Shown here: positions 9,102 through 19,065 of the stretch, one piece after another | Layout: each line of letters begins with the position of its first letter | How positions within the stretch are numbered: position 1 is the stretch's first letter | Virus record (IMG/VR): IMGVR_UViG_3300006164_001685 | Span: 1-42,608 of that record | Length of the DNA stretch: 42,608 nucleotides | Source: a virus | Taxonomy: Duplodnaviria > Caudoviricetes | Strand: one strand, 5' to 3' | Position numbers and translations under genes: made by a program | The notes under the pieces: generated by a model | Database searches by the model: none | Told to the model about the DNA's origin: nothing | What the model saw: the letters and a program-made list of their open reading frames with translations, nothing else

Positions 9102-10336
9102 GAAAATGTGTAATTTCAAGTCCAGTAGCAACACAATCAGGTTACGGACATCACGCGCGAGAATTTATTACAAATACATTTAAATTTAAAAGTAATGAAT
9201 GGGACATAAAATTAGTTTCAATGCCATGGGGACATACCCCATTTACATATCCATTACCAGATAATTGGATGCGTAATTTAGTTGCACTACCATTAGCAGA
9301 ACAACCAGACATATGGGTACAAATTACAGTGCCAAATGAATTTCAGTCGGTTGGAAAATTTAATATAGGAGTAACAGCTGGAACAGAAGGCGATATATGT
9401 CCTGAAGCTTGGATAGAGTCAATTAATAAAATGCAAATAATAATAGTTCCTTCTGAATTTACTAAAAAATCTTTTGAAAATACAGCAGAAAAACATAAAT
9501 TGACAATTACAACTACAATAAGAGTTGTTCCAGAATATTTTAATGAAACAATATACAATAAAAATAATAATACTGCAAAAGTATTAGAATTGCAAGATAT
9601 TAAAGAGTCATTTTGTTTCTTATTTGTAGGACATTGGTTGCAAGGACAAGTAGGTGAAGATAGAAAAAACATTACTGGAATGTTACATACATTTTTGGAT
9701 ACATTTAAAAATAAAAATAATACGCCAGCTTTAATATTAAAAACATCCGGAGCTACATATTCAGTTGTTGATAAAGATCAAATGGAAAAAAATGTAAGAC
9801 AAATAATAAAGTTATTTCCAAAAGGTACTAGATTGCCAAGCATCTATATATTGCATGGTGATTTAACTGATAATGAAATGAATTCATTATATAATAATAC
9901 AAAAGTAAAAGCTATGGTATCATTTACTAAAGGTGAAGGATTTGGAAGACCATTATTAGAATTTACCACAACTGGCAAACCAGTTATATCTCCACTATCT
10001 TCAGGCCCAGCTGATTTTTTACATCCAGAATATATAGCCGAATTACCAGGCGGATTAACTCCAATACATCCATCAGCACAAAATGATTTTTTAATTGGCG
10101 ATGCTAAATGGTTTACTCCAGATTATAAGTACGCATCAAAGTTATTTAAAGACATAGTTAAACATTATAATAAATTTTTAACAAAATCTAGAAAACATAT
10201 AAAACATTCAAATGATAATTTTTCAAGTAAAGCTATTAATAATGTATATGAAAAATTATTTACAGATATTGATATAAAAATAGGAAATGTACCAATACAT
10301 CAAGAAATTAAATTACCAAAATTAAAAACAGTATGA
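9098..10336 (+). CDS. GT4-family glycosyltransferase
   Basis: SGYGHH N-terminal loop, DRKNI, KGEGFGRPLLE (E-x7-E). Confidence 0.88.
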   Translation: MRKCVISSPVATQSGYGHHAREFITNTFKFKSNEWDIKLVSMPWGHTPFTYPLPDNWMRNLVALPLAEQPDIWVQITVPNEFQSVGKFNIGVTAGTEGDICPEAWIESINKMQIIIVPSEFTKKSFENTAEKHKLTITTTIRVVPEYFNETIYNKNNNTAKVLELQDIKESFCFLFVGHWLQGQVGEDRKNITGMLHTFLDTFKNKNNTPALILKTSGATYSVVDKDQMEKNVRQIIKLFPKGTRLPSIYILHGDLTDNEMNSLYNNTKVKAMVSFTKGEGFGRPLLEFTTTGKPVISPLSSGPADFLHPEYIAELPGGLTPIHPSAQNDFLIGDAKWFTPDYKYASKLFKDIVKHYNKFLTKSRKHIKHSNDNFSSKAINNVYEKLFTDIDIKIGNVPIHQEIKLPKLKTV

Positions 10337-10965
10337 AAATAGGATATTTTATAACAGCGTGTAATGAATATGATGAATTAGCTAAACTATTAGTTTTACT
10401 TCGTACTAATATTAGAAAATCAGACTGTATTGGTATATTATTAGATGAAGAAAATTATAGCAAAGAAGTACAAGGATTATGTAATCAATTTGTAATTCCA
10501 GGCAACGATTCGTTTAGATTAATATATAGTAATTTAAATAAAGATTTTGCAACATTTAAAAATTTAGGATACCATTTATTTGAAGATTGTGATTGGATTT
10601 TTAATATTGACGCAGACGAACTGCCATCTTCTATATTATTACAAAATATACATCAAATTATTGAAGTAAATCCAGACACCGAATTAATAAATGTTCCTCG
10701 AATTAATACTGTAGAAGGATTAACTGAACAACATGTAAGTAAATGGGGATGGCAAGTTAACGAAGCCGGCTGGGTCAATTGGCCAGATTATCAAGGAAGA
10801 ATATATAAAAGACATCATGATATTGAATGGAGCGGCAAAGTACATGAGCAAATTAAAGGAATAAAAAACTATTCACATTTGCCACCTAAAGAAGAATTTG
10901 CATTTCATCATCCTAAAACTATTGAAAAACAAGAAACGCAAAATAAATTATATGAAACAATCTAA
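10333..10965 (+). CDS. GT2-like (GT-A) glycosyltransferase
   Basis: NIDADE DxD motif, WPDYQGRIY, WSGKVHE. Confidence 0.8.
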   Translation: MKIGYFITACNEYDELAKLLVLLRTNIRKSDCIGILLDEENYSKEVQGLCNQFVIPGNDSFRLIYSNLNKDFATFKNLGYHLFEDCDWIFNIDADELPSSILLQNIHQIIEVNPDTELINVPRINTVEGLTEQHVSKWGWQVNEAGWVNWPDYQGRIYKRHHDIEWSGKVHEQIKGIKNYSHLPPKEEFAFHHPKTIEKQETQNKLYETI

Positions 10966-12103
10966 AAAAATATGGTATGCTCCTAATAAATTGGAAGCGT
11001 ATGGCGAAAAAGAAATTAAAGCTGTAGAACAATGTCTCAGAGATGGTTGGTTAGCTGGATTTGGACCTAGATCTATTGAATTTGAAGAAAAGATTGCAAA
11101 AGAGTTTGGAAAAAAGTATGGAGTATTTGTAAACTCTGGCTCATCTGCTTGTTTATTAGCACTAGCTGCATTAGATCTTAAAAAAGGAAGTAAAGTTATT
11201 ACACCAGCTTTAACATTTTCAACAACGTTAGCTCCTATAATACAATTAGGATATATTCCTATATTTATAGATTCAAATCTTAAGTCATATGTTCCAAATG
11301 TACAAGATATTATAGACGCAATAACTGATGATGTTAAAGCCATAATGGTTCCTAATCTTATAGGAAACAAACCTGATTGGAAACTTCTTAAGGAAGAATT
11401 AAAAAGAATTGGACGAGAAGACATTTACATAATTGAAGATTCAGCTGACACAGTTACTAAAACATTAGATTCAGATGTTTCTACTACTAGTTTTTATGCT
11501 AGTCATGTTATAACTGCCGGCGGAATGGGTGGAATGGTAATGTTTAATGACGAAAAATATGTAAAAAAAGCTTTGCAGTATAGAGATTGGGGTAGGATTG
11601 GCGACAATAATGAAAATATAGATGAACGATTTTCACATGAAGTTGATGGATTACCATATGATTACAAATTTTTATATGGAGTATTAGGTTATAACATGAA
11701 ATGTAGTGAAATGAGTGCAGCATTTGGTTTAGTACAATTAGATAGATTTCAAACATTTAAACAAAAACGAAGAGATAATATTGAAAGATATTTAGATAAT
11801 TTAAAAGACGTTAACGAATTAATACTTCCAGACGATAGTATAGAACCAAATTGGTTAGCAATTCCACTACAAACAGATAAAAGATTAGAATTATTAACTT
11901 TTTTAGAAAATAATAATATTCAAACTAGAGTAACATTTGCAGGTAATGTAACAAGACATCCTATATATAGAGAGTATTTACAAGACTTTACTAATGCTGA
12001 TCTGGTTATGAAAAATGGATTTTTATTAGGAGCACATCATGGTATGGGATTACAAGATGTAGATTATGTTTGTGATAAAATAAAAGAATTTTTTAATAAA
12101 TGA
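10952..12103 (+). CDS. DegT-fold PMP-dependent NDP-4-keto-6-deoxyhexose C3-dehydrase (RfbH/E1-like, His-type)
   Basis: VNSGSSA, IEDSAD, SFYASHVIT (His at the Schiff-base Lys position), RDWGR, YDYKF..LGYN as in RfbH. Start moved to ATG 10952. Confidence 0.75.
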   Translation: MKQSKKIWYAPNKLEAYGEKEIKAVEQCLRDGWLAGFGPRSIEFEEKIAKEFGKKYGVFVNSGSSACLLALAALDLKKGSKVITPALTFSTTLAPIIQLGYIPIFIDSNLKSYVPNVQDIIDAITDDVKAIMVPNLIGNKPDWKLLKEELKRIGREDIYIIEDSADTVTKTLDSDVSTTSFYASHVITAGGMGGMVMFNDEKYVKKALQYRDWGRIGDNNENIDERFSHEVDGLPYDYKFLYGVLGYNMKCSEMSAAFGLVQLDRFQTFKQKRRDNIERYLDNLKDVNELILPDDSIEPNWLAIPLQTDKRLELLTFLENNNIQTRVTFAGNVTRHPIYREYLQDFTNADLVMKNGFLLGAHHGMGLQDVDYVCDKIKEFFNK

Positions 12104-13077
12104 AAACTGTATTTTTAACAGAAATGGGCTTTAAAGGGTCTATTGATATCAGTCATCCAAATATGCGAACAGAATTTGCATGGATGAACGCACTGGATGC
12201 AACTCATTATCCAATATCTAAATATAGCGAAGTAAAAGACCAAGATCATGTATTTGTAATATTTCCTAAAGGACAATTAAATTTAAATGCAGTAGCTGCA
12301 AAATTAACAAATATTCCAAATCCACATTCTGAACTATTAAATAGTAATTGGCTATCTGTATTAAAAGAAAATAATAAAAAAGTATATTACGTTCAAGAAG
12401 GTCCTACATGGATGTTTACAGAATTAGAAATTCAAGACCAATTTAATTTTTATAATATGTTAGCATCAGTAGATGCTATATATGCACATAATGAGTATGA
12501 TCAAAAATTTTATAAAGGCTTAGTTCCTACTCAAATAATTCGAACTATACCAACATTAATGATTGAAGAACGTATAAAAGACATAGTTCCTGTTAGACAA
12601 GACAAAGTATTAATTGGAGGTAATTTTGCTAGATGGTATAATGGATTTCAAAGCTATTTAATTGCATCAGAATTCAATATGCCAATATGGACTCAAGAAT
12701 CTCATGCAAAGCGCGAACATGAAGATCAAGTTCCAAATTTAATGCATTTACCTAGAGTTAGTTGGTTAGACTGGATGAGTGAAGTATCTTCATTTAAATA
12801 TGCAGTACATTTAATGCCTACTATTGCCGCAGGAACTTTTAGCTTAAATTGTGCATATTTTGGAGTTCCTTGTATTGGAAATGAAAAAGTAGATACACAA
12901 AAATTATGTCATCCTGATTTATGTGTAGATATAGATGATATAGAGTCAGCAAGGAAATTAGCAATTAAGTTACGGGATAATATTGAATTTTATAACGAAT
13001 GTAGTAAAAAGAGTAAAGAATTGTATAGAATTCATTACGATATAGATATATGGAAAAGAAAAATAAATTTAAAATAG
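12100..13077 (+). CDS. putative GT-B glycosyltransferase
   Basis: C-terminal AGTFSLNCAYFGVPCIG resembles the GT-B donor-binding helix/strand; context. Confidence 0.5.
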   Translation: MKTVFLTEMGFKGSIDISHPNMRTEFAWMNALDATHYPISKYSEVKDQDHVFVIFPKGQLNLNAVAAKLTNIPNPHSELLNSNWLSVLKENNKKVYYVQEGPTWMFTELEIQDQFNFYNMLASVDAIYAHNEYDQKFYKGLVPTQIIRTIPTLMIEERIKDIVPVRQDKVLIGGNFARWYNGFQSYLIASEFNMPIWTQESHAKREHEDQVPNLMHLPRVSWLDWMSEVSSFKYAVHLMPTIAAGTFSLNCAYFGVPCIGNEKVDTQKLCHPDLCVDIDDIESARKLAIKLRDNIEFYNECSKKSKELYRIHYDIDIWKRKINLK

Positions 13078-16000
13078 TTATACCATCTTATAACAACAAA
13101 AAATGGATAGAAACTAATATTGCAAGTATTGTTAATCAAACATATACTAATTATGACGTATTATATATAAATGATGCATCTACAGATGATACTGCAACTA
13201 TTGTACAAGATATAATAGATACTCATAAATTAAATAATTGGACATTATTAAATTGGACAGAAAACAAACAGCGTGGATTCAATGTAAATCCTAATGAAGA
13301 TCATATTATAAATTTTATGGATCATAAAGATGATATTCTAATGTTTGTGGATGGGGACGATTGGTTAATTAATGATGATGTACTAGAAAAATTAAATGAA
13401 TATTATAACAAACATGATCCTTGGATGACATATGGCGGAATGTATTCACATCCGTCTGGAAAATTAGCATTTCCACAAAATACTCCATATTCTGATGAAG
13501 TACACTCAAAAAAGCTATATAGACAAGATACATGGAGAGCCAGCCATTTAAGAAGTTTTAGATGGTTCTTATATAATAAAATAAAAAAAGAAGATCTTAT
13601 TTGGAGTAAATCTGGAGAATATTATTATAATGCAGAAGATTTAGCTGTTTCATTTTTTTGTATGGAAATGTGTCCTAAATATAAAATTGGAGTATTAGAT
13701 TTTCCAACTTATGCATATAATGAAGATCCTGAAATTGTAGCTCGTGGATTAAATCGACAAAATAAAGATATAGACGATCCAGAAGGTCAAGAAGTAGAAA
13801 TAAGATCAAAAACTCCATATGATTATTTAGAATCACCTCAATATAACATAGTTCCAGTATTAGGTGGAGGATTAGGCAATATGATGTTTCAATTAGCATC
13901 AGCAAAAGGTATTGCTACAAATACAAATCATAATCTTGTATGCGACTTTACTCATACTGGAACATTGCATACACACCCTAATATGTATGAAGATAATATA
14001 TTAGGAAGAATAAAGCCTGTTTCAATTGAATCATTAGACACTTATGCTAATTCTAATATGGATACTTTTAGATATAGCAATATAGAATTACCAAATACCA
14101 ACGTTAAACTAAGTGGATATTTTCAATCGTATAAATATTTTTATCATATTAAAAATGATATTATTAACATGTTTGCTCCTAAGCCACAACATATTCAATA
14201 TATACAAGAAAAATATAATACTGGTAAAGGCGTTGTTTCATTACACGTACGAAGAGGAAATTATACAAACTTAAGTGAATATCATCATAATTTAAGTTTA
14301 AATTATTATTTTAATGCAATAGACTATTTTCCAGGAAAAACATTTTTAATATGTAGTGATGATATTGAATGGTGTAAAGAAAATTTTAAAGGAGATCAAT
14401 TTCAGTTTATAGAGAATGAACAAGATTATATTGACTTATATGCTATGTCTTTATGTGAACATCATATTATAGCAAATTCTACATTTAGCTGGTGGTCAGC
14501 TTATTTAAATACAAATCCAGATAAAACCGTAATATATCCAGATAAATGGTTTGGACCTAAAAATAATCATTATAAAACTATAGATATATTTCCAGATGAA
14601 TGGGTTTGTTTAACAGATGATTTACCTACTACCGAAATAAATCTAATTGATGAAGCATTTAAACATCTAGAAACTCCAGCTGGCAGATATTCGCAAGTTC
14701 ATAGAAAAATACCAAAACACATTAAATATGTAAGAGATAAACAAACATATGATGGTATAACATTGGTCACTGACAGTATGGTAAATACTTCAGTTGCAAA
14801 ATCAGTTGATAGCAAGCACAAAATTGCATGGTTACTTGAATGTAGAGAAATAAATCCTATATCATATAATACATTTAATGAGTGGAAAGATGAATATGAT
14901 TTTGTATTAACACATGATTCTGAATTACTAAAAAAATATCCAGATAATACTAAACTTTGTAATTTTGGAGGAACATGGATAAAAAGCAATAATTACGGAT
15001 TATATGATAAAACTAGATTTATGTCTATGATATATTCGCATAAAACTACAACAGAAGGACATAAGCTTAGACATCAAATTGCCAGCATGCTAAAATCTGG
15101 AGTAGACTTATTAGGAAATGGAACTTCAAATCCCTTAATGGCTAAAGAAGATGGATTAGTAGATTATCAATATTCTATAATTATAGAAAATATTAGATTA
15201 GAAAATTATTTTACTGAAAAATTAATTGATTGCTTAATGGTTGGTACTATTCCAATATATTGGGGATGTCCAAATATATCAGATTATTTTGACACTGATA
15301 GTATATTAACATTTTCAAATTTAGATGAGTTACAAGAAATACTTTCATCATTAGATAATAAAACATATATTGATAAATTTAACTCTATACAACGTAATCT
15401 AGAAACAGCTAATAAATATTGTATAACAGAAGATTTAATGTATAAAAATATATTACAACATTTAGATAATAAATGGTATGGTAAAACTAAAAATAATATA
15501 ATTAACATTCCATTAGATAAAATGCCTCCACAATGGCAATCGTCAGCGCCGCCGCCTGCAGATCAATTATCAAATTCATTTAATGATTATATTTTAGACA
15601 CTAAACTAAAAAATATAATAGAAAATAAACGAATTGCATATGTATGTCCGTCTCCGCATCTTAAAGGTAAAGGATTAGGGAAACTTATTGACTCATACGA
15701 TTTAGTAGTAAGAATAAATCAATCATATGAAATGCCTAAAAGTGATTGGGCCGATTATGGAAGTAAAACTGATATAGTTATAAATTGTTTTAATGAGCAT
15801 AAAAGAACAGCAATATCAGAAAATACAACTTTTACAAATTCATTAAAACATATTATAGGAGCAATGGTATCAGGACATGAAACACCTATAATAAAAGAAT
15901 TTATGAGTAAGCTAACAGTTGATTGGCACAATATTAGTGACGATTATATACTTAAATGTTTTAATGAAATAGGAACAACAGCAAATACAGGTTTAATGGG

Positions 16001-16286
16001 TATTATAGCATTATTAAATTATAATATAAAAGAATTATTTGTAACTGGTATGACTTTTTATAACATGAATACGTTTGGAGAAATTTATAACGATACATAT
16101 CAAGAAGCTGCAGAAGAAGCTGGTAACTTTAAACTTAATAAAGATAAAATACCAAATTTTAATGATTTAAGAATGGATATACATCATCAGCAACCACAAA
16201 TTGATTATTTTAAAAAGATAGTAAAAAAATATTATAACAACTCATTAGTACTAGATGATTATTTAGTAGAAAATTTTGTAAAATGA
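13050..16286 (+). CDS. four-domain glycosyltransferase: GT2 + GT11 + GT10-like + GT29-like
   Basis: GT2: IVIPSYN, NDASTD, DGDD. GT11: GGLGNMMFQ, HVRRGNY, NSTFSWW. GT10: SIIIEN...YFTEKL...GTIPIYWG. GT29-like: LGKLIDSYDLVVRIN and TGLMGI...TG. Confidence 0.85.
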   Translation: MEKKNKFKIVIPSYNNKKWIETNIASIVNQTYTNYDVLYINDASTDDTATIVQDIIDTHKLNNWTLLNWTENKQRGFNVNPNEDHIINFMDHKDDILMFVDGDDWLINDDVLEKLNEYYNKHDPWMTYGGMYSHPSGKLAFPQNTPYSDEVHSKKLYRQDTWRASHLRSFRWFLYNKIKKEDLIWSKSGEYYYNAEDLAVSFFCMEMCPKYKIGVLDFPTYAYNEDPEIVARGLNRQNKDIDDPEGQEVEIRSKTPYDYLESPQYNIVPVLGGGLGNMMFQLASAKGIATNTNHNLVCDFTHTGTLHTHPNMYEDNILGRIKPVSIESLDTYANSNMDTFRYSNIELPNTNVKLSGYFQSYKYFYHIKNDIINMFAPKPQHIQYIQEKYNTGKGVVSLHVRRGNYTNLSEYHHNLSLNYYFNAIDYFPGKTFLICSDDIEWCKENFKGDQFQFIENEQDYIDLYAMSLCEHHIIANSTFSWWSAYLNTNPDKTVIYPDKWFGPKNNHYKTIDIFPDEWVCLTDDLPTTEINLIDEAFKHLETPAGRYSQVHRKIPKHIKYVRDKQTYDGITLVTDSMVNTSVAKSVDSKHKIAWLLECREINPISYNTFNEWKDEYDFVLTHDSELLKKYPDNTKLCNFGGTWIKSNNYGLYDKTRFMSMIYSHKTTTEGHKLRHQIASMLKSGVDLLGNGTSNPLMAKEDGLVDYQYSIIIENIRLENYFTEKLIDCLMVGTIPIYWGCPNISDYFDTDSILTFSNLDELQEILSSLDNKTYIDKFNSIQRNLETANKYCITEDLMYKNILQHLDNKWYGKTKNNIINIPLDKMPPQWQSSAPPPADQLSNSFNDYILDTKLKNIIENKRIAYVCPSPHLKGKGLGKLIDSYDLVVRINQSYEMPKSDWADYGSKTDIVINCFNEHKRTAISENTTFTNSLKHIIGAMVSGHETPIIKEFMSKLTVDWHNISDDYILKCFNEIGTTANTGLMGIIALLNYNIKELFVTGMTFYNMNTFGEIYNDTYQEAAEEAGNFKLNKDKIPNFNDLRMDIHHQQPQIDYFKKIVKKYYNNSLVLDDYLVENFVK

Positions 16287-17386
16287 AAAAAATTATTGCA
16301 ATGATTCCTGTTAGATTGGGAAGTAAAAGAGTACCTAATAAAAATTTAAGATTACTAGGTAATAAACCATTAGTAGCTCATATCATAGAAGCAGCTAAAG
16401 AAGCCAATGTATTTGATGAAATTGTTATAAACTCAGAATCAGATATATTCAAAGAAATAGCAGATGAATATGGGGTAAAATTTTATAAAAGACCAAAACA
16501 CCTTTCCAGAGATGAAGCTACAAATGATGACTTTACATTAGACTTCATGCATAATATTAATGGAGATATGTTAATTCAATTATTAGCAACATCCCCATTT
16601 ATAACTAGTACACAAATAAAAGAATTTGTAAATAAGTCATTAAGATATGATACATTAATATCTACTAGCAAAGTAAAAATTGAATCTATATATAAAGATC
16701 AACCTATTAATTTTAATCAAAAGAAACAATCACCTCCAAGTCAGTTATTAGAACCAGTATATGCGTATGCATGCTCTTTAATGGCCTGGCAGTATGATAA
16801 CTATATGATGAATATGGATGAATATGGATGTGGATACCATGGCGGAGAAGGTAAAATAGGATTTTTTGAATTAACTGGATATGCAACTGTTGATATAGAC
16901 GAAGAAGATGATTTTTTATTAGCAGAATCAATATTAGCAGCTAAACCAAAAGATCCACAATATTATAAGCCAGGTAAAGTATTTGACCACAATGTAGAAC
17001 GAGTATTAGCTCAAGATGGAGTCATTAATAACAACTTATATAATTTTAATAAAGAAATAACTAAAGTTCAAGATATTATAGATTCAAATCCTAATAATGA
17101 ATCATGGTCACACACAGTAATAAATTCTAAATCAACTAGATCAACATTAATAGGCCAAATGCCAGGCGAAGGAAATAGGTTACATTATCATAATGATTGG
17201 GATGAATGGTGGTATATTATTAAAGGAGAATGGGATTGGTTTGTTGATGGCAAAACAATGAGTGTAAAAGAAGGAGATATAGTTTTTATTGAAAGAAATA
17301 AACGACATAAAATAACAGCAGCAGGAACTAAACAAGCAATACGTTTAGCAGTAAGCAGAGATGATATAGACCATATATATGAATAG
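16283..17386 (+). CDS. acylneuraminate/Kdo cytidylyltransferase (NeuA/KdsB family) fused to a C-terminal cupin
   Basis: IPVRLGSKRVPNKN, TSPF, VDIDEEDD; cupin HYH...DEWWYIIKG...GD...H. Confidence 0.85.
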   Translation: MKKIIAMIPVRLGSKRVPNKNLRLLGNKPLVAHIIEAAKEANVFDEIVINSESDIFKEIADEYGVKFYKRPKHLSRDEATNDDFTLDFMHNINGDMLIQLLATSPFITSTQIKEFVNKSLRYDTLISTSKVKIESIYKDQPINFNQKKQSPPSQLLEPVYAYACSLMAWQYDNYMMNMDEYGCGYHGGEGKIGFFELTGYATVDIDEEDDFLLAESILAAKPKDPQYYKPGKVFDHNVERVLAQDGVINNNLYNFNKEITKVQDIIDSNPNNESWSHTVINSKSTRSTLIGQMPGEGNRLHYHNDWDEWWYIIKGEWDWFVDGKTMSVKEGDIVFIERNKRHKITAAGTKQAIRLAVSRDDIDHIYE

Positions 17387-18539
17387 AACTAGTGTATTTA
17401 ATATAAAAATAGATTTTGATAAGAGTTTAGGAAGTTATGTATTTGACAAAAATACAAATAAATATTATCTAGACTTTATGGGAATGTACTCATCATTGCC
17501 TATAGGCTATAATCACCCAGTATTTAATAGTAAAGAATTTAAAGAAGAAATATATCGTGTTTCTAAACTTAAAATGGTAAACTGTGAAATGTTAAGTGAT
17601 GAATTTGATGAATTCTACAAAACGTTTAAAAAGTTTACATCAATGGGTAAATATGAAAATTATCATTTTACATGTACTGGTGCATTAGCCAATGAAGCTG
17701 CGATTAAAACAGCAATGTGGTATAAAGGCCCAAGACCAGATGGATATGTATTATCTATAAAAAACAGTTTTCATGGCATTAATTCAGTTGGCAATATTAT
17801 TACTTCTAGATTTCCAGGAGTTAAATTAAGACAAGGAGATATACCTGGAGAATATAATTGGCCAGTAGCTAATACAATTAAAGATGCTATTAGTCATGTT
17901 CAATCAAATCCATATAATTTGCAAGGAGTTATCGTAGAACCAATACAAGCAACATATGGAGATAATTATTTAAATAAAAAAGAATTACAATCATTATCAA
18001 AAATTTGTAAACAATTTGATATTCCACTAATATTTGATGAAGTTCAGACTGGATTTTTATCTTCCGGAACAATTTGGTATTCAAAACAATTAAAAATAGA
18101 ACCAGATATCATTGTATATGGAAAGAAATCGCAAGTATCTGGAATAATGGTTAAAAAGTCACACTCTAAAGTATTTGAAAATCAAAAAAGATTATCAGTA
18201 ACATATGATGGTGATTTAGTTGACATGATTAGATGTAAATATATTATTAATACTATTGATAATGATCAATTAAAAAAGAATGTTAATAAACAAGGTAAAC
18301 TACTATTTAAAGAATTAAATAAATTATCTAATATACATAATGTTCGACAAACCGGACTATTAATTGCGTTCGATTTTAAGTCAACTAAACTACGTGATGA
18401 TTTTTGTTCTAAATTATTTTCAAATAAAATGATATGTAATCCCACCGGAACTCATAGTGTTCGTATGAGACCAAATTTAGCTGTTAATTCTGAAGAAATT
18501 AATATGGCTATTGACATAATAAAACTTAGTTTAAATTAG
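17379..18539 (+). CDS. class III PLP aminotransferase (lysine-epsilon/GABA aminotransferase-like)
   Basis: YLDF...GYNHP, GALANEAAIK, SFHG, VEPIQ, FDEVQTG, YGKK with the PLP lysine. Confidence 0.88.
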   Translation: MNRTSVFNIKIDFDKSLGSYVFDKNTNKYYLDFMGMYSSLPIGYNHPVFNSKEFKEEIYRVSKLKMVNCEMLSDEFDEFYKTFKKFTSMGKYENYHFTCTGALANEAAIKTAMWYKGPRPDGYVLSIKNSFHGINSVGNIITSRFPGVKLRQGDIPGEYNWPVANTIKDAISHVQSNPYNLQGVIVEPIQATYGDNYLNKKELQSLSKICKQFDIPLIFDEVQTGFLSSGTIWYSKQLKIEPDIIVYGKKSQVSGIMVKKSHSKVFENQKRLSVTYDGDLVDMIRCKYIINTIDNDQLKKNVNKQGKLLFKELNKLSNIHNVRQTGLLIAFDFKSTKLRDDFCSKLFSNKMICNPTGTHSVRMRPNLAVNSEEINMAIDIIKLSLN

Positions 18540-18565
18540 GATTTTTCCTAAATAATTATTATATT
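18537..18565 (+). promoter_or_regulatory. class I promoter-like motif TAGGAT-N17-TATATT
   Basis: Same spacing as the other three copies; within inverted repeat TTAGGA-TTTT-TCCTAA. Confidence 0.6.
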
Positions 18566-18585
18566 AAAAATAAAAAGGAATAAAT

Positions 18586-19041
18586 ATGAAAAAATCAATA
18601 ATTCTAGGATGTATGTTTTTAGTAGCTGCTTCATTTTCTGCACAAGAAAAAGGACAGAAAGACATCAAACCTATCAAAAATACCAAAGCAGAAATAGTTA
18701 ATCCTATCAAACCAGAAGTATTAAAAAAAGAATACCCAGTTTATAGAGTAACTCCGGTTGCAGAAACAAATTTTGAAACTTCTAGATCTAGGGCATCAAA
18801 ATCAGCTATTAGAAATTCTAAAGGTAAAAGTTCTAATCAAAATAAAATAGAACCAACATCAAAACCTGAGATAAATAAGCCTTCTAAAAATTCAACAAGA
18901 GCATCTAAAGCAGCTATTGAAGCTTCTAAAGGTAATAGTTCTAATGAAAGTAAAGTAGAGCCTATTATTAAAAAAGGTAGAAAATCTAAAGCTAATAGAG
19001 TAAATACTACTAGACCAGAAAAGTCAACCAAAAAAAACTAA
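18586..19041 (+). CDS. exported Lys/Ser-rich, probably disordered protein with an internal duplication
   Basis: Signal peptide MKKSIILGCMFLVAASFSA|Q; SD AAGGA; two copies of a ~23-aa unit. Confidence 0.75.
   Translation: MKKSIILGCMFLVAASFSAQEKGQKDIKPIKNTKAEIVNPIKPEVLKKEYPVYRVTPVAETNFETSRSRASKSAIRNSKGKSSNQNKIEPTSKPEINKPSKNSTRASKAAIEASKGNSSNESKVEPIIKKGRKSKANRVNTTRPEKSTKKN
18787..18963 (+). repeat. two-copy coding repeat SRASKSAIRNSKGKSSNQNKIEP / TRASKAAIEASKGNSSNESKVEP
   Basis: Visible in both the translation and the DNA (about 18787-18855 and 18895-18963). Confidence 0.8.
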
Positions 19042-19065
19042 AGTAAAAACAATAGAAAGGAATAC

